From assembly GCA_937864465.1 (NCBI GenBank), contig CALMJU010000081.1:10857-74856 (forward strand): DNA of 64,000 nucleotides. Reading direction: 5' to 3'. The stretch comes from an uncultured Acidobacteriota bacterium. Lineage in GTDB: Bacteria > Acidobacteriota > Polarisedimenticolia > Polarisedimenticolales > JAIQFR01. Each line of letters opens with the position of its first letter. Position 1 is the first letter of the stretch. The notes under the pieces were generated by a model. It had not been told where the DNA came from. It searched no databases and worked only from the letters and a program-made list of their open reading frames with translations. This document shows, piece after piece, positions 1 to 7,727 of the stretch. A program made the position numbers and the translations under genes.

Positions 1-553
1 TCGCGTCGGCGTACCCCTCGCGGATGAGCCGGAACGACTCGCCGATCGCGTGGGAGCCGGTCGCGCACGCCGTCACGACCGCGAGATTCGGCCCCTTCGC
101 CCCGGTCAGGATCGACACCTGCCCGCTGGCGAGGTTTCCGATCATCCCCGGGATGAAGAACGGGGAGATCTTCCGGGGCCCCCGCTCCATGAGATCCCGG
201 TGCGTTCTCTCGAGGAGCGGCAGCCCTCCGATCCCCGACCCGATGAACACTCCCACCCGGTCCGCGTTCGAGGCGTCGATGACGACGCCGGAGCCCTCGA
301 GCGCTTCCCGGCTCGCAGCGATCGCGTAATGGATGAACGCATCCATCTTGCGGGCTTCTTTGCGGTCTATGTACCGCTCGATGTCGAAGCCCCGGACCTC
401 TCCCGCGATTCGACACGGGTACTCGGTGGCGTCGAACCTCGTGATCGGGCCGATCCCGCTCTTCCCCGCGAGCAGGGCCGCCCAGGTGGCGGGGGCATCG
501 AGCCCGACCGGAGTGATCAGGCCGATCCCCGTGACAACGACGCGTCGTCTCAT
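1..553 (-). CDS. fabF: 3-oxoacyl-ACP synthase II (FabF), N-terminal 184 codons; the 3' end runs off the window start
   Basis: My own minus-strand translation from ATG at 553 gives MRRRVVVTGIGLITPVGLDAPATWAALLAGKSGIGPITRFDA...PNLAVVTACATGSHAIGESFRLI. This is a typical KAS II N-terminus with the active-site Cys context (ACATG). It lies directly downstream of acpP, as in canonical fab clusters. It is absent from the ORF track because it has no in-window stop. Confidence 0.93.
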   Translation of the reverse strand, partial: MRRRVVVTGIGLITPVGLDAPATWAALLAGKSGIGPITRFDATEYPCRIAGEVRGFDIERYIDRKEARKMDAFIHYAIAASREALEGSGVVIDASNADRVGVFIGSGIGGLPLLERTHRDLMERGPRKISPFFIPGMIGNLASGQVSILTGAKGPNLAVVTACATGSHAIGESFRLIREGYADA

Positions 554-662
554 GAAGCCGACCTCGAGCATGCGCGGGGCTGGCACGGGGTCGGGAACGA
601 TCCGTCCGCGCGCCCCGGAAGCCTCCGGCTCGCTTCCGCCGCAGGCACGATCCACCCGAAGG

Positions 663-902
663 TCAGGGCTTGGCGTGGCCCTCGATGTATTCGATCGCCT
701 GCTTCACGGTGCCGATCTTCTCCGCGTCCTCGTCGTTGATCTCGAGGCCGAACTCCTCCTCGAGCGCCATCACGAGCTCGACGACGTCGAGCGAGTCGGC
801 GCCGAGATCGTCCACGAAGGACGCCTCGGGCTTTACCTCGTCCTCGTCCACTCCGAGCTGGTCCACGATGATCCGCTTGACCTTTTCCTCGACAGAAGCC
901 AT
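663..902 (-). CDS. acpP: acyl carrier protein
   Basis: This is the last 79 codons of track ORF 663..1382, starting at ATG 902. The sequence is [52 protein letters not shown], with the DSLD phosphopantetheine-attachment Ser motif. Confidence 0.97.
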   Translation of the reverse strand: MASVEEKVKRIIVDQLGVDEDEVKPEASFVDDLGADSLDVVELVMALEEEFGLEINDEDAEKIGTVKQAIEYIEGHAKP

Positions 903-955
903 CGATGCAACCTCCTGGCGCTCTGGACCCGGGGGCCTCGGCTCCGGGTCCCGGG

Positions 956-1696
956 CTACATGTACATACCGCCGTTGACGTTGAGGACGTGACCCGTCAC
1001 GTAGGAAGCCTCTTCTCCGAGCAGGAACAGGACGGCGCTTGCGACGTCGGCGGGGCTCCCGAGCCTTCCGAGAGGGACGAGGTCGAGAAGTCTTGCTCTC
1101 GCCTCCTCCGACAGCGCCCGGGTCATCGCGGTGTCGATGAATCCGGGAGCGACGGCGTTCACGGTGATGTTCCGCGATGCCAACTCTCGCGCCAGCGTGC
1201 GCGTCAGCCCCTCCACCCCCGCCTTGGACGCCGCGTAATTCGCCTGGCCGGGGTTGCCGAGCCCGGCAACCACCGACGACACGTTGACGATTCTCCCGTA
1301 CCGGGCCCGCACCATGGCGGGAACCACCGCCCTGCACATGCGGTACGTGCCGGTCAGGTTCACGGAGATCACGGTGCTCCACTCCTCCTTCTTCATGCGC
1401 ATCAGGAGGCTGTCCCTCGTGATCCCCGCGTTGTTCACGAGAAGCGAGATCTTACCATACGACTCCAGGATCCCCGCGACCCCGGTCTCGACCGAGACGC
1501 CGTCCGACACGTCCAGGACGGCGCGCTCGATCCTCCCCTCCTCGCCGCCCGGCTGCGTCTCGGGCGGGTCGTCGAAACGGACGTCGGCCGCCACCACGAG
1601 CGCGCCCGTCGCCGCGAGGCGCCGGGCGATCTCCCGGCCGATCCCCCGCGCCGCCCCCGTCACGACGGCGACCTGCCCCTCGAACCCTCCCCTCAT
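956..1696 (-). CDS. fabG: 3-oxoacyl-ACP reductase (SDR family)
   Basis: 246 aa from ATG 1696. Motifs present: [16 protein letters not shown] (Rossmann TGxxxGIG), NNAG, and YAASKAG (catalytic Tyr/Lys). The start overlaps the fabD stop (ATGA). Confidence 0.95.
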   Translation of the reverse strand: MRGGFEGQVAVVTGAARGIGREIARRLAATGALVVAADVRFDDPPETQPGGEEGRIERAVLDVSDGVSVETGVAGILESYGKISLLVNNAGITRDSLLMRMKKEEWSTVISVNLTGTYRMCRAVVPAMVRARYGRIVNVSSVVAGLGNPGQANYAASKAGVEGLTRTLARELASRNITVNAVAPGFIDTAMTRALSEEARARLLDLVPLGRLGSPADVASAVLFLLGEEASYVTGHVLNVNGGMYM

Positions 1697-2634
1697 GCCG
1701 CCTCCTCCACCCTCCCGACAGCCGAGAGGATCTCCTCGGAGCCGCAGGCGGGCAGGACCTCCGCCTCCCTCGCGATCCGGCGCACGAGCCCCGCGAGGAC
1801 CCGTCCGGGGCCCACCTCGAGGAAGAGGCGCATTCCGCCCTCCGCCATCCTGCGCACCGTTTCCTCCCACCGCACGGGGGAAACGACCTGGCGCACCAGC
1901 GCGTCCCGCGCGGCCGCCGCGGTCGTCACCGGAGCCGCGTCGGCGTTCGCGAACACCGGCACCCGGGGATCGCGGAACTCCATTTCCTCGAGCACGGGGC
2001 GCAGCCGCTCGCGCGCCGGCTCCATCAGGGCGCAGTGGAACGGGGCGCTCACGGCCAGAGGGACCGCCCGCCGCGCGCCCGCCTGCAGCGCCCGCGCGGA
2101 GGCGCGCGCGACGGCCGCCGCGTGCCCCGCGATCACGATCTGGCCCCCGCCGTTGACGTTGGCGGCGGAGACGACCTCCCCCTCGGCGCACTCCTCGCAG
2201 ATGCTCCGCACCTGCTCCGCGTCGAGCCCGAGAATGGCGGCCATCGAGCCCGCCCCCAGGGGCACCGCCTCCTGCATGAATCGGCCGCGCAGGCGAACCG
2301 CCCGCACCGCGTCCTCGAACGAGATCGTTCCGGCGGCCACGTGCGCGGAGTACTCCCCCAAGCTGTGCCCCGCCGCGGCGAGAGGCCGCACCCCACGGGA
2401 TTCGAGAGCGCGCTGCGCCGCCACCGACACGGTGAGGATCGCGGGCTGCGTGATCTCCGTTCGGGCAAGCTCGTCCGCCGCTCCCTCGAAGCACATGCGG
2501 GACAGGTGGAAGCCGAGGGCCTCGTCGGCCCGCTCGAACACCTCCCGCGATTCCGGAAAGGCCCGGTGGATCTCCCGCCCCATCCCCGGCTGCTGCGAGC
2601 CCTGCCCCGGAAAGAGGAACGCGACCCGGCTCAC
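1693..2634 (-). CDS. fabD: malonyl-CoA:ACP transacylase
   Basis: 313 aa from GTG 2634: VSRVAFLFPGQGSQQPGMG...AAGHSLGEYSA (GHSLGE active-site Ser). The GTG overlaps the fabH stop (GTGA). Confidence 0.95.
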   Translation of the reverse strand: MSRVAFLFPGQGSQQPGMGREIHRAFPESREVFERADEALGFHLSRMCFEGAADELARTEITQPAILTVSVAAQRALESRGVRPLAAAGHSLGEYSAHVAAGTISFEDAVRAVRLRGRFMQEAVPLGAGSMAAILGLDAEQVRSICEECAEGEVVSAANVNGGGQIVIAGHAAAVARASARALQAGARRAVPLAVSAPFHCALMEPARERLRPVLEEMEFRDPRVPVFANADAAPVTTAAAARDALVRQVVSPVRWEETVRRMAEGGMRLFLEVGPGRVLAGLVRRIAREAEVLPACGSEEILSAVGRVEEAA

Positions 2635-3617
2635 CACCGCACCACCGATGCGGCCCAGGTCAGACCGGCGCCGAACGCCGCCATCAGGACGACGTCGCCC
2701 GCGCGGACCCGCCCGGACCGAACCGCCTCGTCGAGGGCGATCGGGATCGAGGCCGCCGACGTGTTTCCGTACCGGTCGACGTTCACGCAGCACCGCTCCT
2801 CCGGGATCGCGAGCCGCTTGGCGACGGCGTCGATGATCCTCAGGTTCGCCTGGTGCGGAATGAACCAGTCGACGCGCTCGGCGGGGATCCCGGCCTGGTC
2901 GAGGGCCTCCCTCGCGACGTCCTCGAGCATCCGGACCGCGATCTTGAAGGTCTCGTTCCCGCGCATCCGGATGAAATGCATCCCCCGGCGAAGCGTCTCC
3001 TCGCTCGGCGGGTGGAGGGTTCCCCCCGCCTCCAGGGTGATGAAGTCCCCCATGTTGCCGTCGGTGTGCATCACGGAGGCCAGGACCCCTCGCGGCGCTT
3101 CCCCCGCGCTCATCAGGGTCGCCCCCGCCCCGTCCGCGAAGAGCACGCAGGTGGTGCGATCGCTCCAGTCGACGAATTTGGTCAGGAGCTCCGCTCCGAT
3201 GACGAGGATGTGACTGCACCGCGACGTCAGCAGGAACTGTTTCGCCACCGACTGCGCGTAGATGAACCCCGAGCACCCCGCCTGCATGTCGAACGCCGCC
3301 GCCTTGCCGCACCCGAGCTGCTGCTGGATCGAGCAAGAAGTTGCGGGAATCGGCATGTCGGGAGTCACCGTCGCGCAGACGACCAGGTCCACGTCCTTCG
3401 CGTCGACCGCGGCCGCCTCGAGAGCTCTGCGGCTCGCTTCCACCGCGAACTTCGACATGCACTCGTCCTCGCGGGCGACGTGCCGCTCTCGAATCCCCGT
3501 GCGGGTGCGGATCCACTCGTCGCTGGTGTCGACCAGCTTCTCGAGGTCGGCATTGGTGACGACACGCTCCGGCACGCTCATGCCGGTCCCGGAGATCACC
3601 GCGCTTCGAGACGCCAT
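2631..3617 (-). CDS. fabH: 3-oxoacyl-ACP synthase III
   Basis: 328 aa from ATG 3617. Motifs present: AAFDMQAGCSGFIYA (active-site Cys), IPHQANLRII, GNTSAASIPIAL. The 40-codon upstream extension in the track ORF is Gly/Arg-rich and not FabH-like. Confidence 0.95.
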   Translation of the reverse strand: MASRSAVISGTGMSVPERVVTNADLEKLVDTSDEWIRTRTGIRERHVAREDECMSKFAVEASRRALEAAAVDAKDVDLVVCATVTPDMPIPATSCSIQQQLGCGKAAAFDMQAGCSGFIYAQSVAKQFLLTSRCSHILVIGAELLTKFVDWSDRTTCVLFADGAGATLMSAGEAPRGVLASVMHTDGNMGDFITLEAGGTLHPPSEETLRRGMHFIRMRGNETFKIAVRMLEDVAREALDQAGIPAERVDWFIPHQANLRIIDAVAKRLAIPEERCCVNVDRYGNTSAASIPIALDEAVRSGRVRAGDVVLMAAFGAGLTWAASVVRW

Positions 3618-3839
3618 CACGCCTCCCAGGCCGCCGAAGCGGCTCTCGCCGCGATCGGCCCCGGAACCTCGCCGGCCGTGCTCCCCCGGAGGCCGCCCGG
3701 AGCCCGCCGGATCATACCCCAACCCCGCCCCGCCCACCGTCCGCGCGCCGAGAGGAAGCAGGCCCCCGCGGCCTTGCCGCCTCGCAGGTTCGGCGCTCTT
3801 TCGTGCGTGGAAGGGCCGGGCGGGACGATCGCCCGAGCG

Positions 3840-4022
3840 CTAGGCCTCCGGCGGCTCGACGACCTCCCGACCTTTGTAGTGACCGCAGTGCGGGCACACC
3901 CGGTGCGGGAGCTTGCGCTCGTGACAGTTCGGGCACACGGACATTCCGGTCTGCGGCAGCGCGTCGTGTGCCCTCCGCTTGTCGCGTCGGGCCTTGGAAT
4001 GGCGTCGTTTCGGATTCGGCAT
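3840..4022 (-). CDS. rpmF: 50S ribosomal protein L32
   Basis: 60 aa: [20 protein letters not shown]...[20 protein letters not shown]. This is the L32 signature with two CxxC pairs. Confidence 0.96.
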   Translation of the reverse strand: MPNPKRRHSKARRDKRRAHDALPQTGMSVCPNCHERKLPHRVCPHCGHYKGREVVEPPEA

Positions 4023-4079
4023 CGTCGTTTCCCGTCGGCGACCGGCCGTGACGGCCGGCGCGCCGCTCCCGCAAGATCG

Positions 4080-4601
4080 CTACTGCGGTTTCCTGAACCG
4101 GAGCAGGGGCGCCAGCCGCGGATCCGCGCACTCTTCGCCGCAGCCGCACTCCGTCCGGTTGCGATTCGCCCCGCACCGGGGGCACAGCCCCTTGCAGCCG
4201 CTCGAGCAGACCGGCTTGAGGGGAAGGTTGAGATAGATCTGCTCGGAGCAGATGTCCACGAGATCCGCGCGGCCGTCGGGCGCGTGATACAGCGCCGCGT
4301 CCTCTTCCTCCGCGCCCTGGGCCCCGGAGCCCGGCCGCTCCTCTCCCGCGACCAGAACCAAGAAGAACTCCACGGAAAGACCGATCTCGAAGCTCTCGTT
4401 GCACCGGCTGCAGGGCATCCGCACCGTCGCCCGGAGGCTCCCCTCGAGGTCCGCTCCCCGCTCTCCCCTTCGCGCCGTCCCCCGGACGCGCGCTCGCTCC
4501 ACGAGGATCGTCTCGTCGGCGATCCCGAGGAGCGGGGGCACCCGGAGCGGCTCGTCGAACACGAGCCCCTCTCCACGTATCTCGTTAACATCAATGAACA
4601 T
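4080..4601 (-). CDS. yceD: YceD/DUF177 family protein (large-subunit accumulation protein)
   Basis: 173 aa. It has a Cys-rich C-terminus (CKGLCPRCGANRNRTECGC) and ends PRLAPLLRF. It occupies the conserved position immediately upstream of rpmF. Confidence 0.88.
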   Translation of the reverse strand: MFIDVNEIRGEGLVFDEPLRVPPLLGIADETILVERARVRGTARRGERGADLEGSLRATVRMPCSRCNESFEIGLSVEFFLVLVAGEERPGSGAQGAEEEDAALYHAPDGRADLVDICSEQIYLNLPLKPVCSSGCKGLCPRCGANRNRTECGCGEECADPRLAPLLRFRKPQ

Positions 4602-4621
4602 GGCGCGTCCGCGACCGGCGG

Positions 4622-4649
4622 ATTATAGCATCGGGCGGGGGGGTGTCAA
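4622..4649 (-). promoter_or_regulatory. sigma70-type promoter for the yceD-rpmF(-fab) unit
   Basis: The minus strand reads TTGACA (4649-4644), a 16-nt spacer, then TATAAT (4627-4622). The -10 is preceded by TGC (extended -10-like). The -10 ends 20 nt upstream of the yceD ATG. Both hexamers match the consensus exactly in otherwise GC-rich DNA. Confidence 0.6.
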
Positions 4650-4684
4650 GACGGAGGCATCGCGGCCCGGCGCGCCGGGCGGGA

Positions 4685-6181
4685 TCAGGAGATCTCTTTC
4701 ATCTCTTCCGCCGCGCCGCCGTGGTTCGGCACGATCTTGAGAGCCTCCTCGAAATGCCTCTTGGCGCGGAGAGAGAGCCCTTGCTTCTTGTAGAAGCGGC
4801 CCAGGGTCACGTGATACTCGGCGTTCCAGGGGTCGCACTCGATGGCCTTCAGGTAGCTCTGCTCCGCCATCCTTTGCCAGCGGGCCTCCGGGTTCCTGAT
4901 CTGGCAATCCCCCAGCAAGAAGTACAGGCGCGAGTCCTCCGGACTGTAGGAGATGGCGAGCTTCGCGTACTGGATGGCGTTGTGGTAATCCCCTCCTCGC
5001 GCGTACTGCTTGGCCTTCGCGTAATAGGAGTCCGACAGCTTCTGGTTCTCCTCGATCGCCTTCTTGGTGCGGGACTTGTCGAGCTCGACGCGGACGAGCA
5101 GGTCGTCGACCCCTATGTTCTCCTTCCCCGCGCCCGCGTCCTCGTCCTCCGCCCGAGCGATCGGGTCGGCGGAGCGCGCCTGGCAGAGCGTCAGATAGGC
5201 CTCGACCAGCCGGCTGTCGACGACCGCCAGCTCGCTGCGGTACCGATCCCGGATCCTCGGGGCGATCCGGTCCCGGGCGAATCGCTCCTTGGCCTCGCGG
5301 TAGGCGTACTCGATCTCCTCCCGTCCCGCCGAGGCGGCGACGCCGAGGGTCTCGTAGGGATTCTGGCTCTTCAAGCTCTCGTACGCCTGGAGGATCTGCT
5401 TCTCCTGGAGCGTCTCGAGCGCCAGCTGATCCGCGTGGTCGCGCAGGATCGTGGCCACCTGGAACGGCCCCTCTCCGATCGGAGGATCGTGGAAGACGAC
5501 CCCCATCACGAGGAGCCCGTACAGGAAGCGGCACGCGGGCTCCTCCTCGCCCGGCGGGAGCGTCCGGAGGATGTCGGCCAGGCGGCTCGCGCCGTCCACC
5601 CGGGAGAGGATGAAACCGTGGGACGGGGAGAGAGCCAGGCGCTCGATCGGGACCGGCATCGGCACGCGGATGCGAAGCGTGTTGTCGAGTCCCTTGAGCG
5701 CCTCCTTGATCGGCTCGAACCCGACCATTCCGGAGATCGCCTTCAGGATCACCTCGAGCGTCGTCAGGATGTCGGCCTCGAAGATCTCCTGCAGGAGCGA
5801 CCCCTCCGAGAAGCGAGCGGTTCCACCTTCCCACCGGAAGACGCTCTCCACGACCCGCTCGACGAGGAAGCGGACCGTGTGAGACAGGGTCTCCTTCGCG
5901 ATCAGCCCCCGGTTGACGAGCGCCTGCGCCAGGTCCTTCGGCTCGCTGATGGCGCGGCGCGCTTCCACCAGCGCCCCCGCCGAGATCTTGCCCTCGCTGA
6001 CGAGCCGGCGTCCGAGGTCCTCGTCCTCGGAGCTCGACTCCGCGAAGAGGATCATCCCCCGGTCGAAGTAGATCCTCTTTTCGATCCCCGCCCGCTCCAG
6101 GTGCAGAACGCCGGAGCGCTCCCCCAAGTACAAGTCCCGGAAGACCTCCGCCAAGCTGTGGCTGCTGAACTGGATCGCCAT
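4685..6181 (-). CDS. DUF4388-like N-terminal domain / J-like domain without HPD / C-terminal TPR protein
   Basis: 498 aa from ATG 6181. The N-terminus (LAEVFRDLYLGERSGVLHLERAGIEKRIYFDRGMILFAES) resembles DUF4388. The middle (NPYETLGVAASAGREEIEYAYREAKERFARDRI) resembles a J-domain but has ARD where HPD is expected. The C-terminus carries TPR-like repeats (YYAKAKQYARGGDYHNAIQYAKLAISYSPED...). Confidence 0.85.
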   Translation of the reverse strand: MAIQFSSHSLAEVFRDLYLGERSGVLHLERAGIEKRIYFDRGMILFAESSSEDEDLGRRLVSEGKISAGALVEARRAISEPKDLAQALVNRGLIAKETLSHTVRFLVERVVESVFRWEGGTARFSEGSLLQEIFEADILTTLEVILKAISGMVGFEPIKEALKGLDNTLRIRVPMPVPIERLALSPSHGFILSRVDGASRLADILRTLPPGEEEPACRFLYGLLVMGVVFHDPPIGEGPFQVATILRDHADQLALETLQEKQILQAYESLKSQNPYETLGVAASAGREEIEYAYREAKERFARDRIAPRIRDRYRSELAVVDSRLVEAYLTLCQARSADPIARAEDEDAGAGKENIGVDDLLVRVELDKSRTKKAIEENQKLSDSYYAKAKQYARGGDYHNAIQYAKLAISYSPEDSRLYFLLGDCQIRNPEARWQRMAEQSYLKAIECDPWNAEYHVTLGRFYKKQGLSLRAKRHFEEALKIVPNHGGAAEEMKEIS

Positions 6182-6238
6182 CCCCTGCCAGCACCTTCCG
6201 CGCAGACCGCCCCTCGCGGGATCCGGGGCGCCCGCGGG

Positions 6239-6244
6239 TACAAT
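6239..6244 (+). promoter_or_regulatory. candidate -10 element (TACAAT) for the 6264 gene
   Basis: TACAAT lies inside the only AT-rich patch (ggtacaatatatgcgtcttt) of the divergent spacer, 19 nt upstream of ATG 6264. I see no convincing -35. Confidence 0.3.
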
Positions 6245-6263
6245 ATATGCGTCTTTGGAGGAA

Positions 6264-7727
6264 ATGAAAACGTCGATCGGAGCGATTCTCGGCCTGCTCG
6301 CCGTCCTCTCGACGGCCGGGGTTTCGTCCGCCCCCGCTCCCGCCTGGCGCGCGGACGCCATCCGCATGGTGCACGATGCCCGCTTCCTCGAGGCCGAGGA
6401 CCTCGCGGCGCGCGCGGGAGATCGAGAGCACGGGCCCGCGCCGGCGTTCTTCCGGGCGCTCGCGGCCTACTGGCGCCTCCTCTACGATCCGGACGACCCC
6501 GGCCTGCAGGCGGACTTCGACGCCCGTCTTCGCCGCGCGATCCGCGACGCCGAGGAGCGCCTCGAGGCGGCACCGGGCGACGCCGAGGCCTGGATGTTCG
6601 CCGGAACCTCTCGCCTCTTCCTCGCGGAGCTCCGCGCGCGCCAGCGCCACCCGCTGACCGCCGCTCGCGAGTTGCGGCGGGCGCGGCATGCCCTCGAGTC
6701 CGCGATCTCGCTCGACCCCGCCCAGGCCGACGCCCGCTTCGGACTGGGCACGCTCGACGTCGTGGCGGGACGGGCCCCCTCGCTGGCCCGCGGATTCGCC
6801 TCCCTTCTCGGGGTCGCCGGGAACCCCGATCGCGGTCTCGAGAGCCTCGCGGTCGCCTCGCGCGACGGAGAGATCCTCGCCCTCGAGTCGTCGATCTCCC
6901 TCCTGACCGTGCACTCGAACCGCCGGGCCCCGGATTACGCGGAGGCGGAGCGGACGGCACGCGAGCTCGCGGCGCGCTCGCAGAGCGTCGGGGCGCTCGA
7001 CGCCGCGGCTCGCGTCCTCCTGTCGCTCGGGGACGCGGATCGCGCGGCGGGCCTCCTCGACGCCGCCCTCGAGCGGCTTCGTGCCGCGCCGCGGTCGGAT
7101 CCGGGCGTCGCCGCCGCGCTTCGGTGCGCGCGTGCGCGCGTGCGCCTCGCGCAGCTCCGCCCCGACCTCGCCCTCGAGGACCTCCGCTGGGTGGCGAGCC
7201 TCCCGGCCACGCTCCCGCGAGGCGTGCGCGAGGACTCCGCCGAGCTCCTCCGCGACGCCGCCGCTGGCGGGGCGCGTCCCTCATGGCTCCGGGATGTGGC
7301 GGCGAGGCTCGGCGCCGCGCTCCCGGACGATCGCGCGACCCTCGAGGCGGCCGCCTCGTTCGCCAGGGCCCTTCCCGACCTGGAGAGCTCGGGCGCCGAC
7401 TCCCCTGCCGAGCTTGCCGGCCGTCTCGCCGGGCTGGCGGCCTCGGCGCCCGACGATGCCGTGCTCGCGGCCCTGGCGGGCAGGGCCTCGCTCGAGGCGG
7501 GCCGCGTGGAGGACGCCCGACGCTGGCTCGATCGCGCGTCGTCGAGCGACCGGCTTCCCCGGCCGTGGACCGGGCCCTGCCTGCTGCTCGCGGGGATGGC
7601 CGCCGATCTCGATGGCGACCGCGCATCGGCCCTGGCCCTCTACCGCCGCGCGGCAGAGGCTCCCGCCTTCTCTTCGCGCGCCGCCGCGGCCGCCCTCCAG
7701 GAGCGGCCTCACCGGACGGTCCCGTGA
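6264..7727 (+). CDS. secreted Ala/Arg/Leu-rich helical (TPR-like) hypothetical protein
   Basis: ATG 6264 gives MKTSIGAILGLLAVLSTAGVSSAPAPA, a signal-peptide-like start. The track start at 6255 is a TTG 3 codons upstream. The body is a long helical-repeat-like sequence. I recognise no specific family. The stop overlaps the next gene's start (GTGA). Confidence 0.75.
   Translation: MKTSIGAILGLLAVLSTAGVSSAPAPAWRADAIRMVHDARFLEAEDLAARAGDREHGPAPAFFRALAAYWRLLYDPDDPGLQADFDARLRRAIRDAEERLEAAPGDAEAWMFAGTSRLFLAELRARQRHPLTAARELRRARHALESAISLDPAQADARFGLGTLDVVAGRAPSLARGFASLLGVAGNPDRGLESLAVASRDGEILALESSISLLTVHSNRRAPDYAEAERTARELAARSQSVGALDAAARVLLSLGDADRAAGLLDAALERLRAAPRSDPGVAAALRCARARVRLAQLRPDLALEDLRWVASLPATLPRGVREDSAELLRDAAAGGARPSWLRDVAARLGAALPDDRATLEAAASFARALPDLESSGADSPAELAGRLAGLAASAPDDAVLAALAGRASLEAGRVEDARRWLDRASSSDRLPRPWTGPCLLLAGMAADLDGDRASALALYRRAAEAPAFSSRAAAAALQERPHRTVP

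Noticed and set aside
905-2836. A 643-aa plus-strand ORF, together with 1254..2156 and 2035..3213, lying opposite fabG, fabD and fabH.
   Set aside because: These are antisense to three genes with unmistakable homology. The translations are Arg/Pro/Gly/Ala-rich low-complexity sequence, typical of non-coding frames in very GC-rich DNA.
3618-3839. A plsX pseudogene remnant between rpmF and fabH.
   Set aside because: The gap is far too short for PlsX, and no frame shows PlsX-like sequence. I treated this as absence or relocation rather than as a pseudogene.
4666-4679. The 14-nt perfect palindrome CCCGGCGCGCCGGG just after the stop of the 4685 gene, as a terminator.
   Set aside because: It would give only a 5-bp stem with a 4-nt loop and has no T-tract. 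GC palindromes of this kind are common in this composition. It also sits just upstream of the -35 of the yceD promoter.
5130-5330. The J-like segment of the 4685-6181 protein as a bona fide DnaJ co-chaperone domain.
   Set aside because: The invariant HPD tripeptide is replaced (…ERFARDRI…). I therefore report it only as J-like.
4643-7723. The first ~1027 codons of the 1516-aa plus-strand track ORF 4643..9193.
   Set aside because: This part is antisense to the DUF4388/J-like/TPR gene. It then lies in an alternate frame of the signal-peptide gene 6264-7727. The composition is Arg/Pro/Gly-dominated. Only the last 489 codons (from GTG 7724, with an N-terminal anchor and normal composition) were kept.
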